The notes: generated from the letters alone by a model not told the origin. Positions 27,492 through 41,014 are shown, counted from the stretch's first letter. The stretch: DNA of 64,000 nt from Chiloscyllium plagiosum (GCF_004010195.1 NC_057720.1:23422560-23486559), one strand, 5' to 3'. A program made the numbers and translations.

Positions 27492-29639
27492 CTGGGAAAG
27501 AAAAGATGCCAAAATGTAATTAGAAAAGATAATGCTTTTGATCTGAAATCTAAAACAACATGGTAAAACAGCATTTGTTTTTGAAAAGTGCACAACTCTC
27601 ATGTAAAGGTGAACTGAGCTAAATAAGCTTACTAATTAAATATTATTCTGAACCTGGAGTTGCTCTTTATTACTTGATTGCTGTGCATTCACACCTGTCT
27701 CTATTAGGGAGTCTTTGAGTGCAAGGTATCTTGTCATATTATAACTAGAGTAAACCAACTGTATTATGAGCTTTGAAACTGCTTAAAGGACATTTTATTT
27801 GAGTAACTCTAGGCTAGTAATGAAAAAAATAATGGTTACATTGGCAGAATTAAACCTGAGGTGAAGGGAAACTGTAAGGCAAGAAACATCTAATTGAAAA
27901 CATACTCAAATTCATCCATTCAGTAGTTTAAAGGGATTAGGTGTTTTTCATTGATTGAATGGATGTTGCCAGGGGAATACATTTGTGCTTATTAAAATAC
28001 AGAATTATTAGATTAGGGGCAAAGGAAAATTTTTCCTATGTTCCCTTAAGAATGTGTCCAATCTCAATTACAGAATAGCATTCTTTAAGGAAATATCACC
28101 TTCAGAAAATGTAGATAACATAACTTTAGGTAGGAAACGATCCTGAAGCAAATCTACCAACAAGTAATGAGGTCCAGCTCACTTTAATTCTCTCATTACC
28201 CACAACTCTGTGCTTAGTATGGCAGGGAAGTAGAGAGCCATTGAAAACACGCAAACCATTGAGAGAACATACAGATATTAGAAAGAAGGTTTATTAGCAG
28301 AATAATTGTTGCCAAGTGACAGTTTTGTGTTCGATGATTTTGCATTGATTTCTTACCAATTGTGAAATAACAGCATTCACATGGATGTAAATGCAACAGC
28401 ATAGACAATGCAACAAATATTTGCCTTGATGCTTGCTTGTTGATCAGAGATTTCAAAGATTTATCTAATGATAGCTAACTCTGCACTTTGAATACCTACA
28501 CAGTTTCAAGTGTCTTAATCGTTCAGAATACTATTTACTGCTTTCATCCTGATGTGATGACGTTTATGGTGATGTTTATGATCTGTGGTCAGGAGATAAC
28601 CCAGGAGTCGAAAGTTGTAGCGCGTGTGCCAGTAGACGGGATTGGTTTGAATGGTATCATGGTCGATGCAGACATGGTGTGCTGAAGGGCCTGTTTCTGT
28701 GCTGTACAATTCTGTATGCACCATTCTAAGATTTTACAGTGTTGCAAAACAGCAATGTTATACTTCAGTTAAAGGAATTATTAAATTGACTTGGGCACTC
28801 TTGATCTTCAGATCTATGCAGTTGAACATATATAGGAAATGCAATTTAAAATATATTTATTTGAAAGATTATTGAGTTCATCTTCTGAATGAAAAACACC
28901 TGACAAAAGCCCAACGTGTAAGAAAAGGAAAATATAAACATTCTTTCCAAATTCAGTTTCACGTGCTGTCACAAAGTGAAAAGGTTCACCGCTAAAAATA
29001 AACTCCCGAGATTTTTTTTCAATTAAGGTAAAAATATAAATTATTAAAATAAATATGATATTTCACAGTTAATAGATTTAATTTTGTGCCCTAAAACGGT
29101 AATGACCAGTACCTATCACACTGAAAAATCACTTAGTTGTGAAGAACTTTATCTGGTGGCTTAAATGGAAATTTCAGAAGCACTCAGTGTTCTAAGTAGA
29201 GAAGTACCATAATTAAGTCTTAACCTGATCCATAAAATTCATAGAGAAGAAGAAGAAAGGTCTGCCATTGTATAACAGCTTTTACAATCGCTGAATGGCC
29301 TAAAGTGCTAGGTAGCCAATGAAGTACAATACTTACTGAGGTGTAAAAACTATTGTATTGTCACCTCCAAGCTGCACACTATCTAGCCTTCAAACTTCAT
29401 CGCCATTCCTACATCTTGTTTGATCAAAATCCTAACACACACTCCTAAACAGCAAGATGGCAGTTCACCACCACCATTTTCCAGGGAAACAGGAATATGC
29501 AATAATTACTGGCCCAAACAGCGAAATACATTTTTTTTCCTGAATAACTATGAAATCAGCACTCAGTTGTGTTTCCTCAGTTGTCATAAGGCTTCTGACC
29601 TCACTACAGTCTCGGTCCAAAATAGCTGAACTCCAGAGA

Positions 29640-30775
29640 TGAAATGAGAGTGTCTGTCCTTTGTATCAACAAAATTTGACAAAATGTGACATCAAAGCAT
29701 CCTAGTAAAGCTGAGTCAATATGAATCAGAAAGGAAACTCTGCCCTGTTTGGAGTCAGATCCAACACAAATGAAGCTGGATTGTGGTTGTTGCAGGCCAA
29801 TCTTCTCAGTCCTAGGACATTATTTCAGGAGCTCCTCAGCATAATGTCCTACACTTAAACATCTTGAGCTGTTTCATCAATGGCTTTCCTTCCATCATGA
29901 GGTCTGAAGTTGGGGTGTTCGTTGATAATGTATAAGGTCCAGTACCATTCAACATTGCTTCGATATTAAAGCAGCCCATGTCTCTATGCAGCACAATCTG
30001 GCCAACATTCAAGCTAGGAATGATAAGTGAAAAGTAACATTCATGTCACACAATGTCAGGCAATAACCATCTCCAACAAATGACCATCTAACCATGATCT
30101 CTTGACATTCAATGGTATGATAATAATTGAGTTCCACACTGTCAACATGCTGGGGATTACCATTGAACAGAAACTGATCTGGACCATCTATATAAATAGC
30201 ATGACTACAAGATCAAGTCAGAGGCTTGAAATACTACACCTCCTGAGTCACCTCCTGACTCCCAAAGCCACCTCCCTGCCTGTCCACCATCTACAAGGCA
30301 TAAGTCAGGATTCTGATGGAATTCTTCTCAGTTGTCTGAATGAGTATTGTGACAACAGCGCTCGGGTAGTTCAATATTTTCCTGTCTGGCTGACCATCTA
30401 CCAAATGGAACATTCACAACTTCCACCATTGGAAGCAGCAATACAAGATGCCCTACAGCAACTTAGCAAGCCTCATTCAACTGCACCTTCTAAACTTGAA
30501 AATTATGCTCTCGAGAAGGACAGGGACATGGAAACACTGCAATCAGCAAGTTTCCTTCCAAGTCACACACCATTTTGGCTTGGAACATATTTCCATTCTT
30601 TCATCATCACTGGATCAATATCCTGGAACTCCTCCCTGAGTGGCATCTTCCCACAGCAGATGAACTACAGCAGTTCAAAAAGTCAACTCACCACCACATC
30701 AGCAAGGACAACTAGGCCCAGGCAACACATTCAGGCTTTGTCTGTGATGCTCACATCCTGTGAAAGAGTAAAAGG
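29640..30775 (+). mobile_element. Old CR1/L2-clade LINE RT and 3' end
   Basis: caggagctcctcag (GxPQ), CFINGFPSIMRSEVGVFVD (decayed FADD), LGITIEQKLIW in the 30102 ORF. Related fragments at ~16200-16560 and 59470-60090. Confidence 0.6.
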
Positions 30776-31313
30776 AATGTTCTTTTTTGATATTAGCAAA
30801 GAGATAAATATTGGCCAGGAGAGGAGGTAGGATTCCTCTGTTCTTATTCAAAAGGTATTATGGGGTCTTTCATGAACTCCCAAGACTCTTTCCCATCTCA
30901 TTCAAAAACAGCACCTATGCAATAGAATTTGGGAATTAATGCCATTGTCTGGGTCACATTTAGTCATGGTTACAGAGAGTCCCATTCAAGAAGAAAGTGA
31001 TAAATTAGGATCCATTCTTCAGATAATTATGAGCAAGTATATGGGATTTTTTTCAGAAAACATCAGAGTTAAAATTGATCTTGAAATATGACAAAAAAGT
31101 GGCTTATTACTCAATAGATAGTGTATTTAAACTGCTGATGTTCTTTCCCCCCAGATGTGGAAATAAATTGTTCCAATGATTCCTTCCAGTCTAAAATATA
31201 TCCAGCCTTCCATTACACATCTCTGAAGTGGGTAGGATTTGAACAATTGATTTTCTGACACAAAGTTAGGGATGCTACCTCAAGAGCCCCTAACTATTTT
31301 GTGGGGGGGGGGG

Positions 31314-31615
31314 GGGGCAAGGTGGCTCAGTGGTCAGCACTGCTGCTTCACAGTGCCAGGGACTCGGGTTTGATTCCTGCCTTGGGTGATTGTGCAAACT
31401 CCGCACAGACATTCTCCCTTGCCTGCGTTGGTTTCCTCTGGTTCTCTGGTTTCCTCCCACAGTCCAAAGATGTACAGATCAGGTGAATTGGGCATGAGAA
31501 ATTGCCCATAGTGATAGGTGCATTAGTCAGAGGGAATGGGTCTGGGTGGGTTACTCTTCAGGGGGTCGTTGTAGACTTGTTGGGCCGAAGGGCCTGTTTC
31601 CATTCTGTAAGGAAT
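31314..31615 (+). mobile_element. HE1-type SINE preceded by a G15 run
   Basis: ggtggctcagtggtcagcactgctgc head and gggccgaagggcctgtttcc 3' end shared with CR1. Confidence 0.88.
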
Positions 31616-32623
31616 TTGTTTTTTTAAAAACGTCATTTGTTTCACCAACAAATTGGGGTGAGTACAATGGATACTCTGCCCAATCTGTATTGCACATGTC
31701 ATCAATGGCTAACATTATTGACTATCTTTGTTCAAACCAATCAAAGTAATGGTCTACTAGAATTACAGTTATTTATTAAATCAGAAGTATGGATTTCCCA
31801 CTGGCTTTTCATCTGAGAACCAAGCAGATGCTTTGTATTTACATTTGTAGATTCTAGTGCTAGTGGAAGCCTGCGAACAGTGAACAGACTTAATTCATTC
31901 TGAGCTTGTGCATGTGGGAGGATAGCCAGGTTGGAAGGAAAGAAATGCTGGGGGAGAAAATATCTCAAAACAATCTCAACACCTAATACAGCTTAATTCT
32001 TCTGACTAACAGAATACCAATGTAATTTACAGCACATGCATTATTTGAAGTCTACTCGGCTGAGTGCTTGCATTATTGTTGTTGAGACCACAAAATCATG
32101 GTTTACCCCCCACTGCAGTGTGATTTTTGTGAAAATTAGGGTGTTATTGCTTTCCTGACACAAGTCCTAAAGTCAGAGGAGGTGTTTCACCAAGTTTCTG
32201 TGGACATAAGCAATTCTATGATGATTCCATTTCTGAGGTAAGGCAGGGTAATTGTCCCAGCTGGCATGTCTCCAAAGGCAACAGCACCAAAAGCAGACGA
32301 TCTGGTTATTATCGCATTGCAGTTTTGGGGATTTTGCTGTGCTTCGACTGATTGCAGAATTTGCAATACTGAGAAATCTTGAAAAGCACCTCATTGGCTG
32401 CGAAACACTTTATGACATCATGAAGTTGAAAGTGCCACATAAATGCAATGTCTTTCGTAACTCAGGAGAAAGCCATCACCACTTCTTGCTTTTCAGATGT
32501 AGGACTATGTATGGGCTGGGGCATAAAGCAAATGATGAACAAAACTAACTGTGGATGACCTGAATAAAATATTGGAGATGTTGTAAGCATTTTTGCATTT
32601 CAGCTTTTAATTTACAACTTAAT

Positions 32624-33725
32624 ATGCAGTTCATTGACTTCAGGCACAACTTCAACCCCACCCTCAAATTCACTTGGTCCATCTCAGACACCTCCCTTCC
32701 CTTTCTTGACCTCTCCATTTTCATCTCCAGCAACAGTCTCCAGATGGGCATTTACTATAAACCCACAGACTCTCACAGCTACCTGGACTACACCTCCTCC
32801 CACCCAATATTCTTCAAGAACTCCATCCCGTTCTCCCAATTTCTCTCCCTCCGCCTCACCTGCTTGGATGAGGAGACATTCCATTCCCAAGCATCCCAGA
32901 TGTCCACCTATCTTGAACAACATGCTTTCCCTCATCTGTCATCCAGCCCCTCCCCATCCCTCTCTGCCTTCCGCAAGGACCGTTCCCTTTGCCACTTCTG
33001 GGTTTGTGCCAATCTCCCCACCACCACCGCCTCCGCCCCCGAATCACCAGCTTCCTTCCCCTGCAACAAGAAAAGATGCAAAACCTGCCATTTCACTTCC
33101 ATCCAGGGCCCCAAACAGTCCTTCCAAGTGAGACAGAGGTTCACCTGCCTCTCCTCCAACCTAGTTTATTGCATCAGGTGCTCCCGATGTGGTCTTCTCT
33201 ACATCAGGGAGACCAAATGTAAACTTAGGGAACAGTTCACCTAGCATCAAAGCCGGGCCCACAGAGGCTGACTGGATCTCCCAGTCACCACCCATTTCAA
33301 TTCCCCTTCCCACTTCCTTTCTGACATGACTATCCTTGGCCACAATAAATCAAACCACAAATTGGAGGAACAACACCTCATCTTCCACCTGGGCAGCTAC
33401 AGCCCGGAGGACTCAACATTGAGTTCTCCTATTTCAAATAACCTCCCTTCCCATCCACCAACACCCTTCCCAGCCCCTCCCCCTCCCTTCCACTCCCCCC
33501 TGCCAATGAACCAGATTAATCCATTGACCAGACCAACCAGGGTTGTACTCTCTACCTGTCTTCACTTACACGCAGTTCACCACCTTGCCCCCACCCCCCC
33601 CTTTATCTGCAGCTCCCTTTACACCCACCTCCAATCCTGAAGAAAGGTTGCACCTAAAATGTGGACTTCTCCACCTCCTGATAGTGCCTAGCTTGCTGTG
33701 TTCTTCTAGCCTCCTGCTTGTCTAC
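32624..33725 (+). mobile_element. Penelope-like element (Neptune-type), 5'-truncated: RT thumb, Cys linker, GIY-YIG endonuclease, 3' pLTR
   Basis: LKFTWSIS..LPFLD, YYKPTDSHSYLDYTSSHP, PCNKKRCKTC, FTCLSSNLVYCIRCSRCGLLYIRETK (GIY-YIG-like). Decayed hammerhead-like cctgaagaaagg...cctaaaatgt at ~33636-33662. Confidence 0.88.
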
Positions 33726-34054
33726 TATATTACGTTTGATAGCAGAGTATGCCACTTCCTTACACAGATTTAACAAATGATAACCAGCTATTTATACAGC
33801 TTACATAATCTTCCATTTAATTAAAACTTGAATACTAATCATTAAAATATACATTTATTGTTTCATGGGAAATAGTTCCTTTGTACAGATTCCTTCAAAG
33901 GATATACTATGTGAGGTATCTATATGCATAAAACAGTTGGGAGCTCTAAGCATGTGATACAGAGGGGAGAAAGAGACCTCTGCTGAAATTGCCAATTAGA
34001 GTGTTAGCTTGGTTGGTAATACTCTTGCCTCTGACTTAAAAATGAATCCAAAAT

Positions 34055-34151
34055 CTGATGAAGGGTCACTGGACTTGAAAGTTAACACTGCTTTATCTCT
34101 CCACAGATTCTGCCAGACCTGCTGTCTTTCTCCAGCACGTTCTGTTTTTGT
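34055..34151 (+). mobile_element. Short Penelope-terminus-derived element starting at a hammerhead-like core, inserted in a DeuSINE
   Basis: CTGATGAagggtcactggacttGAAAgttaac. Direct repeat tccaaaatct at 34047-34056 and 34152-34161. Confidence 0.7.
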
Positions 34152-34489
34152 TCCAAAATCTATGCAGCTAATTCCATGTAATAGTGAGAACTGCACATTT
34201 ACAGGTGTCTAGGTTTGGATGAGACATTAAAAATCTCAGTTGGACATTGAAGTCCTCATAGCACTCTGTGAAGAAGGGCAGTAGAGTTCTCCCAATATCT
34301 GAGCCAAAACTAAACTAACCCCTAAACTGCCTGAAACTAACACATAAAACAGATGAGCTAGTTACTCATTTCATTGCTTCTGTTGTGGTAACTTTCTGTG
34401 TGAAAATTAGTAGCTTTGTCTGTTACATTAAACAATGACTACACTTTTAAAAAGTAAGCGTTTTGGGATGTTCAGAGAAGGTCTACTGG

Positions 34490-35092
34490 ATTAATACCTG
34501 GAATAAATGGATTGCTTTATGAGGAAAGGCTAGACAGGTTGGCTTGTATCCACTGGAGTTTTGAAGAGTCTGAGGTGACTTAATTGAAACATATAAGATC
34601 CTCTGGGGACTTGAGGAGAAAGTGAGGTCTGCAGATGCTGGAGATCAAAGTTGAAACTTTATTGCTGGAACAGCACAGCAGGTCAGGCAGCATCCAGGGA
34701 ACAGGAGATTCGACGTTTCGGGCACAGGCCCTTCTTCAGGAATGACTTGACTGGGTGGAAATGCAAAGAATGTTTCCACTTATGGGAGAATTTAAGACTA
34801 GGGGTCATTGTTGAAAAATAAGGGGCACCCATTTAAAATAGAGATGAAGGAACATTTTCTTTGGTCAGAGGTTTGTGAGTCTTTTGAATTCCCTTCCTCA
34901 AAAAGCAGCAAATGCAAGATCTTTAAATATTTTTAGGGAAGGGGTAGTTGGATTCTTGATTACCAAGGGGAGGAAAGATAATCAGGGATATGCAGGAATA
35001 TAGAGCTGCAGTGAAAATTAGGTGAGCCATAATCTTATAAAATGGCAGAGCAGGCTCTGAGGATTGAGTGGCATACTCTTGTTCCTTATTCT
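34490..35092 (+). mobile_element. CR1 3' fragment interrupted by the element at 34615
   Basis: tatgaggaaaggctagacagg (YEERL), ggtgacttaattgaaacatataag (GDLIETYK), typical 3' UTR. Confidence 0.75.
34615..34743 (-). mobile_element. 129-bp Penelope-derived element with an intact minimal hammerhead-like core
   Basis: Minus strand reads attc-CTGAAGA-a-GGGC-ctgt-GCCC-GAAA-cgtcg...ctcactttctcc. Direct repeat gacttga at 34608-34614 and 34744-34750. Confidence 0.82.
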
Positions 35093-36681
35093 AAGAGTCG
35101 TGGTCTAAGATAACAGCACATTTGTTGCTCCAGAACAAGACCTGGAATATTGTAGTTCCTGCATTTCATTTAGATCTCACCAGTCAACCAAAGCGTAGTG
35201 AGTAAGTTTGAATCTTCAGTAGGGAAGAGTTCCTTTTGCAGTCTGGTGGAGCTTCAACAGGGCAGGTAAATAACTGAGCCTCCACCCACCTTGTTTCCAC
35301 TGCATGGGTTTGGTTAAAAGTGACATGAGGGAAAAAATCCTCAAAATTATTTTTAAGGTATAGTGATGTGGCTTTGCTTATGACCATAAAACAATATAAG
35401 AGTTTAAATTTTGGAATAACAAATAGGTTTTGCTGTATATTTCTCACCAATTTGTCAAAAATTCACTTTTGCTATAAATTACAAGCTCATTGACCAAAGA
35501 AAACTTGACTTTTCCAAATCTTGTTTGGAGCACTGTGTTATCTAACAGCAGCTGACTGCACAGCAGCAGGTATAAGAAATTGGTTGATTTAAAATCTCCA
35601 TGGAAACATGTTAACCATTCCCAACTGATGCAAATGCTTGAAGAACATATTACATTATTCTATTCATTTATGGTCAACAATGAATCCAGCATAAAATATT
35701 ACTCAGCAAGCATATTTTGAAATTCTTGCAAGTAAATACATTGTTAGATCTTTAACCTATGTTTCACTTGACTGTGAGTCATTTTGGAATGAGAGTAACA
35801 GTGAATAGCACTGTTCAAATCTGTTTTTTCTATTAATTGTGCTTTTTGTTCACGTGTGGGACATGGATGTCACTGGCTAGCATTTATTGCCTGCCCCTTG
35901 TTGCCTTTGAGAAGGTGGTGGTGAGCTACGGCCAGGCAGTAAGTTCTAATAAAATTATTAAATTTAAATCATTTTGATATATCTGACATTAAAATTTCTT
36001 ACATATTTGACTTCAAACCCGAATGATGAGATTTTGAATTATCTTCCTCCATATTTGTAAATTAAGTTACAATATATTAGCATAGGAGTCAGAGGATAGC
36101 TTTTTAAAAAATCTATGAGAAGGTTGGACAAATAAAAGGACATTGCATAAATCATCATTATGTTCTGAAACTGCACTTTTCTGAAGGGAAGATCCATTCA
36201 TTTATTTATTAAACTGGTCATACACCATCTGGTTTGTCATAGAGCTGCATTACAAAGGAAGTTGCTGGTTTGCTAATCATGGTTGGCCTGCCTGGGGAAT
36301 TACTCTATTGCTTGTAATGTTTGAGTTGGTTAGCTCAATTGGCTGGACAGCTGGTTTGTAATGCCAACAGCAGAGGTCCAATTTCTGCACTGGGTGCAAT
36401 TACTATGAAGGTTCCCTCCTCCTCAACTTCTCCCCTCACTGAGGTGTGGCTACCATTTGGCTAAACCACAACCAGTCATGTCTCTCTAACAAGAGCGCAG
36501 GCCAGTTGGTCTACAGTGGATTTGCTTTATCTGGAGAAAGGAGATGGAAAATCTGGTTTTGATGACTATTTCATCACAGCAATTCAGAAAAGTTTGTACT
36601 GTGGGTAGCAGACAGGGATAATATCAATCATGACTGTGATGATCCTTTGATCAAATGATGTACTACCATTAGTTGTCCAGG

Positions 36682-36871
36682 GTTAAAAATCACACAACAC
36701 CAGGTTATAGTCCAATAGGTTTATTTGGAGCGCTGCTCCTTCATCAGGTGATTGATGAAGGAACAGTGCTCCAAAAGCTAGTGCTTCCAAATAAACCTGT
36801 TGGACTATAACCTGGTGTTGTATGATTTTTAACTTTGTACACCCCTGTCCAACACCAGCATCTCCAACTCA
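36682..36871 (+). mobile_element. Palindromic Penelope-derived element of a second family
   Basis: Inverted arms gttaaaaatcacacaacaccaggttatagtcc / ggactataacctggtgttgtatgatttttaac, centred on ttcatcag-gtga-ttgatgaa, plus a ~38-nt tail. Direct repeat tagttgtccagg at 36670-36681 and 36872-36883. Confidence 0.75.
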
Positions 36872-39249
36872 TAGTTGTCCAGGTTAATACTTGAATTATT
36901 GACATTGCCAAAGTAGTGAAGGATTGTCCATGAGAATGAGAAATTGGTGTTGGGGACTCTATGTTACAAGTGCAGTGATAAATTGCATAGTGGGTTGAAT
37001 CAACAACAGAAGTTATCCCTGTAAGAGTCCTTTGAAAGCAGAGCAATCCATGAGCAAATTTGTCCCTTTTCTATGAAATTGCTGATAATGTCAGACTTGC
37101 AACAGCCTCTAGCTTCTCTCAATTAAATGACAGAGCATTGCCAAGAAAAGGATGGCTATGGGGATAATGATGAGTGTGGAGTGAAAGGAAGTGAGTGGGC
37201 CTCAAATATTGTCAACTAAATTTCACTTCTTTTTCACTGTGGTTATGTCCACTCAAAGTGAATTCTTTGAAGACATATATGCATTTTCAGAGCTGTAAAG
37301 AACATTCTGCACTCAAAAGGCTGATGGCATCAGGACAAGCCCATTATTACAGCTGTCGCACCATTGAGCATGAAATGTTTAGGCATAATTTTTCCATGTA
37401 GCTTCCAAGAGTCTTCTGGATTAATGATCCACAGAATAAAAAACAACTTCCAATTCAGGACGGAAAAATTATTGAACACACCTCCAAGTATCGTTTCATC
37501 TACAAAAGAGATATACGCAAGCAGAGATATGTGTCTCACCCATGTAGAGTCAGATAATGGATAATATTATGTTTTTTAAAAAAAAGAGTCAATTTTCTAC
37601 ATTTGTCAGAAGTCACAGCATTTTTAGTGGATTGGGATGTCAATCTGAACTAATTTTATCAGTAAGAAAGCAGGAACTGCAGGGTTTCAGAATCAATTTG
37701 AAAATTTAGGAGCAGAGTGAACATTGTCAGAATAGATTAGTCGTCTGTGCGTGAACATGTACAAAAAAAAGATAATCAACAGTATATGAGAGTTGTGCTT
37801 ACTATATCTTTTAAATATGCTTTTCCAAAATAATGAATATGTTTCAAAAATGATGCTTTTCAAAAGCTTTTTAGTTCCTAAAATAATGGACTTAATTTCA
37901 ACTCTGAGGTGGGAGCTCAACACACTAAATTTCTTGCCTGTTTGGGAGGTGCAGGACAGAGGCTAATAATTTAACTTTGTTAGAATGCACTTGCCAACTT
38001 CCTGATCAAAATGCATGACCAGTCAATACATTTGAATGCCTGGGATCCACCAAAGGGATTCCAGCAGAAGGCAAATGTTTGTGAATTCAGATCAAGGAAA
38101 GAAGTTTAAAATCCGGGTAGGGGGAGGTTCAGGATTTCTTTGTGGAGATCTCCTTCATCTCAAACAGCTTTTCCTAGCAGGTTTTGACCTCTTGAGAAGC
38201 TATCAGAAGCTATGAGGTCTTGATATTTAAAATGGAGTACACCAGCTTGGACTGCAATTTTAAATGCAGTCAGTCACATCAGGGTGGGTAATAAGTAGAT
38301 AAAAGCATCAATTCACCTCTGGATCCCTGTCGTTCCAACCACCAGTACCTGTTGTGTTGTACTAATATCAGCCCCCAGCTTTCTGGAGGATAATAAGCCA
38401 TTAGATGAAAACCTATTTTCTTCAAGACTGGTCACAAATACTTTATGGAGATATGGAGATGCTTTCTGCATGAATGCATTAACCAGCTATTTTTTGTGTC
38501 CGAGTTTAAAAAACAAAACAGAGCCAGTGGTGGAGATTTGCTGGGTTTAAAAAGTTACAATAAATTTCTCATTATCTGTAATTAAGTACAGCACATCACT
38601 GTAATCTGTACAGTAGATCAAACTGAGTTGGATATTTCCACTAGTTTGTATAAAACCAGAAGACTATTCTAACTTTATTTAGCTGCCTGTGGTAAAGGAG
38701 GACATTTACAGTTACGACACTGTAACAAGGGGGACAGCCTGCAAAATTCAATAGCATATGTGAAGAGTAAAGTCTACTTCTCCCCTTTTCTCAAATCACC
38801 CAGCTCTTGACCTCTCTGAGCTTGCAAGTACAACCCCATCTCCAATATCCTTTTCCTCTCCCATGTGCTTGAACATGTAGGGACTTCCCAGATCAATATC
38901 CATCTTTCCCAAGGTTGCAAATCCCTTCAAGCAGTTTTCCTTTCCAGCCACTGTAATAAATTGACACCTATCCAAGTTACCAATGGCACCCTACGTCACG
39001 ATGATGCTGATAAACAATTCCATCTTCTCAACTTGTCCGCCTATTGGGACAGAGTTGGCTACATCATTTTCAACAACTCTTTGAGTATGGTCTTCTGGTC
39101 AGAGAATTTCAGTCCAGATCTCAATATGCCTTTGCAAGATGTATTTACTTACATTATAGGCACAAGGATCTTTCAGCATGGACCTTTGCTGTAGGCTGCT
39201 TTATTTCCAACCTTCTAACACAGTTTCTCTCATATGTACATAAAATCAT

Positions 39250-40440
39250 ATTGTTTATGATTTTACAAGGCAAATAAGCTTGTAGTGCAGGTTGAAATTG
39301 GCAGGTGTGATATTGTGAATATCACAAATATATGGTTGGAAAGGGAACAAGGTTGGAACCTAAATATGCTGAAAATGTGTTGCTGGAAAAGCGCAGCAGG
39401 TCAGGCAGCATCCAAGGAGCAGGTGAATCGACGTTTTGGGCATGAGCCCTTCTTCAGGAATGAGGAAAGTGTGTCCAGCAGGCTAAGATAAAAGGTAGGG
39501 AGGAGGGACTTGGGGGAGGGGTGTTGGAAATGTGATAGGTGGAGGGAGGTCAAGGTGAGGGTGATACGCCGGAGTGGGGTGGGGGCGGAGAGGTCAGGAA
39601 GATGATTGCAGGTTAGGAAGGCGGTGCTGAGTTCGAGGGATTTGACTGAGACAAGGTTGAGGGAGGGGAAATGAGGAAACTGGAAAAATCTGAGTTCATC
39701 CCTTATGGTTGGAGGGTTCCTAGACGGAAGATGAGGCGCTCTTCCTCCAGCCGTCGTGTTGCTATGGTCTGGCGATGGAGGAGTCCAAGGACCTGCACGT
39801 CCTTGGTGGAGTGGGAGGGGGAGTTGAAGTGTTGAGCCATAGGGTGGTTGGAACCTAAATATCCAAGAATATCCATCCGATTAAAAGGACAGCAGATGGG
39901 TAGAGGGGCAGTGTTGTCTTGTTAGCAAGAAATGAAATTAAATTGATAGTGAGAAGTAACATTGAGTCGGAAGACGTTGAATCTCTACGGGTAGGGTTGA
40001 GGAACCATGAAGGAAAAAAGGTGATAGGAGTTGTGCACAGCTTTCTCAGCAGTAGTCAGGATGTGAGGAAGGAAATAAATCAAGAGATAGACAAGGCATG
40101 TAAGAAAAGAAATATTACAATAATCATGGGGGACTTTAGCATGCAAATAGTTTGGGATTGGAAAGGGAGCCTAGACAATGGAGCTGTAGAGGTGAGAGTT
40201 TCAGGTTTAATTCAGGAGGCACAACAGAAAAGGGTCCCAAGGAAGAATAAATATACTAAAGGAGAAGATAGGGCAATCATTGCTGATAAGGAGAGTCAGG
40301 GACTGCATAAAAGTAAAAGTAAAAGCATACAATGTGGTGAAGATTAGTGGGAAGTCAAAGGATTGGGAAGCCTTTCAAAACCTGCAGATAACTCAAAAAG
40401 CAATAAGGAGTAAAAGAGGAAATATTAGAGTAAGATAGCT
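39250..40440 (+). mobile_element. Old CR1 APE-endonuclease region (split by the element at 39368)
   Basis: DIVNITNIWL and TIIMGDF motifs in ORFs 39285 and 39919. Confidence 0.65.
39368..39845 (-). mobile_element. Penelope-derived element (antisense arm only) inserted in a CR1 endonuclease fragment
   Basis: Nearly identical to 12294-12507 over the shared region. 17-bp direct repeat ggttggaacctaaatat at 39351-39367 and 39846-39862. Confidence 0.85.
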
Positions 40441-40881
40441 TAATGTGAGAGGAGAAATATTAAAAAAAAACCTATTACAGCATTTCTTCTGTTTACTCAG
40501 AGGTTCACAAGAATGATCCCAGGGCTCGTCATATGAGGAGTGGTTAAGGACCCTGGGTCAGAAGGATGAGGGGCGATATGATTGAAACTTACAGAATACT
40601 GAGAGGCCTGCATAGAGTGGACACAAAGAAGATGTTTCCATTAGAAGGAGAGGTTGGGACTCAAAAGCACAACTTCAGAGTGATGGGATGAGCCTTTGTA
40701 ACTGAGATGAGCAGGAATTTCTTCGTCCAGAGGGTGGTGAATCTGTGGAACTGACTGCCACAGAGGGCTGTGGAGGCCTGGTGATTAAGTGTATTTCAGG
40801 CAGAGATAGATAGGTTCTTGACTGGTAAGGGGTTCAAGAGTTGCAGAGAGAATGCAGGAGAATGGGGTTGAGAAATATATC

Positions 40882-41014
40882 TATTCCTGATGAAGGGCTT
40901 TTGCCCAAAACATCGATTTTCCTGCTTCTCGGATGCTGCCTGACCTGCTGTGCTTTTCCAGCACCACTCTAATCGAGACTCTGGTTTCCAGCATCTGCAG
41001 TCCTTGTTTTTACC
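40882..41014 (+). mobile_element. Short Penelope-derived element starting at a hammerhead-like core
   Basis: tattc-CTGATGA-a-GGGC-tttt-GCCC-aAAA-catcg. Direct repeat ttgagaaa(t/c)atatc at 40868-40881 and 41015-41028. Confidence 0.8.

Noticed and set aside
30102..30830. Longest ORF in the window (242 aa) as a host gene
   Set aside because: It starts at TTG and lies in a decayed LINE 3' region. Only the N-terminal part follows the LINE frame, and there is no splice or domain support.
31303..31317. G15 run (and G-rich tracts at 12420-12507, 46410-46446) as functional G-quadruplexes
   Set aside because: These are a homopolymer expansion at a SINE 5' end and C-rich PLE UTRs read in antisense. 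There is no evidence of host function.
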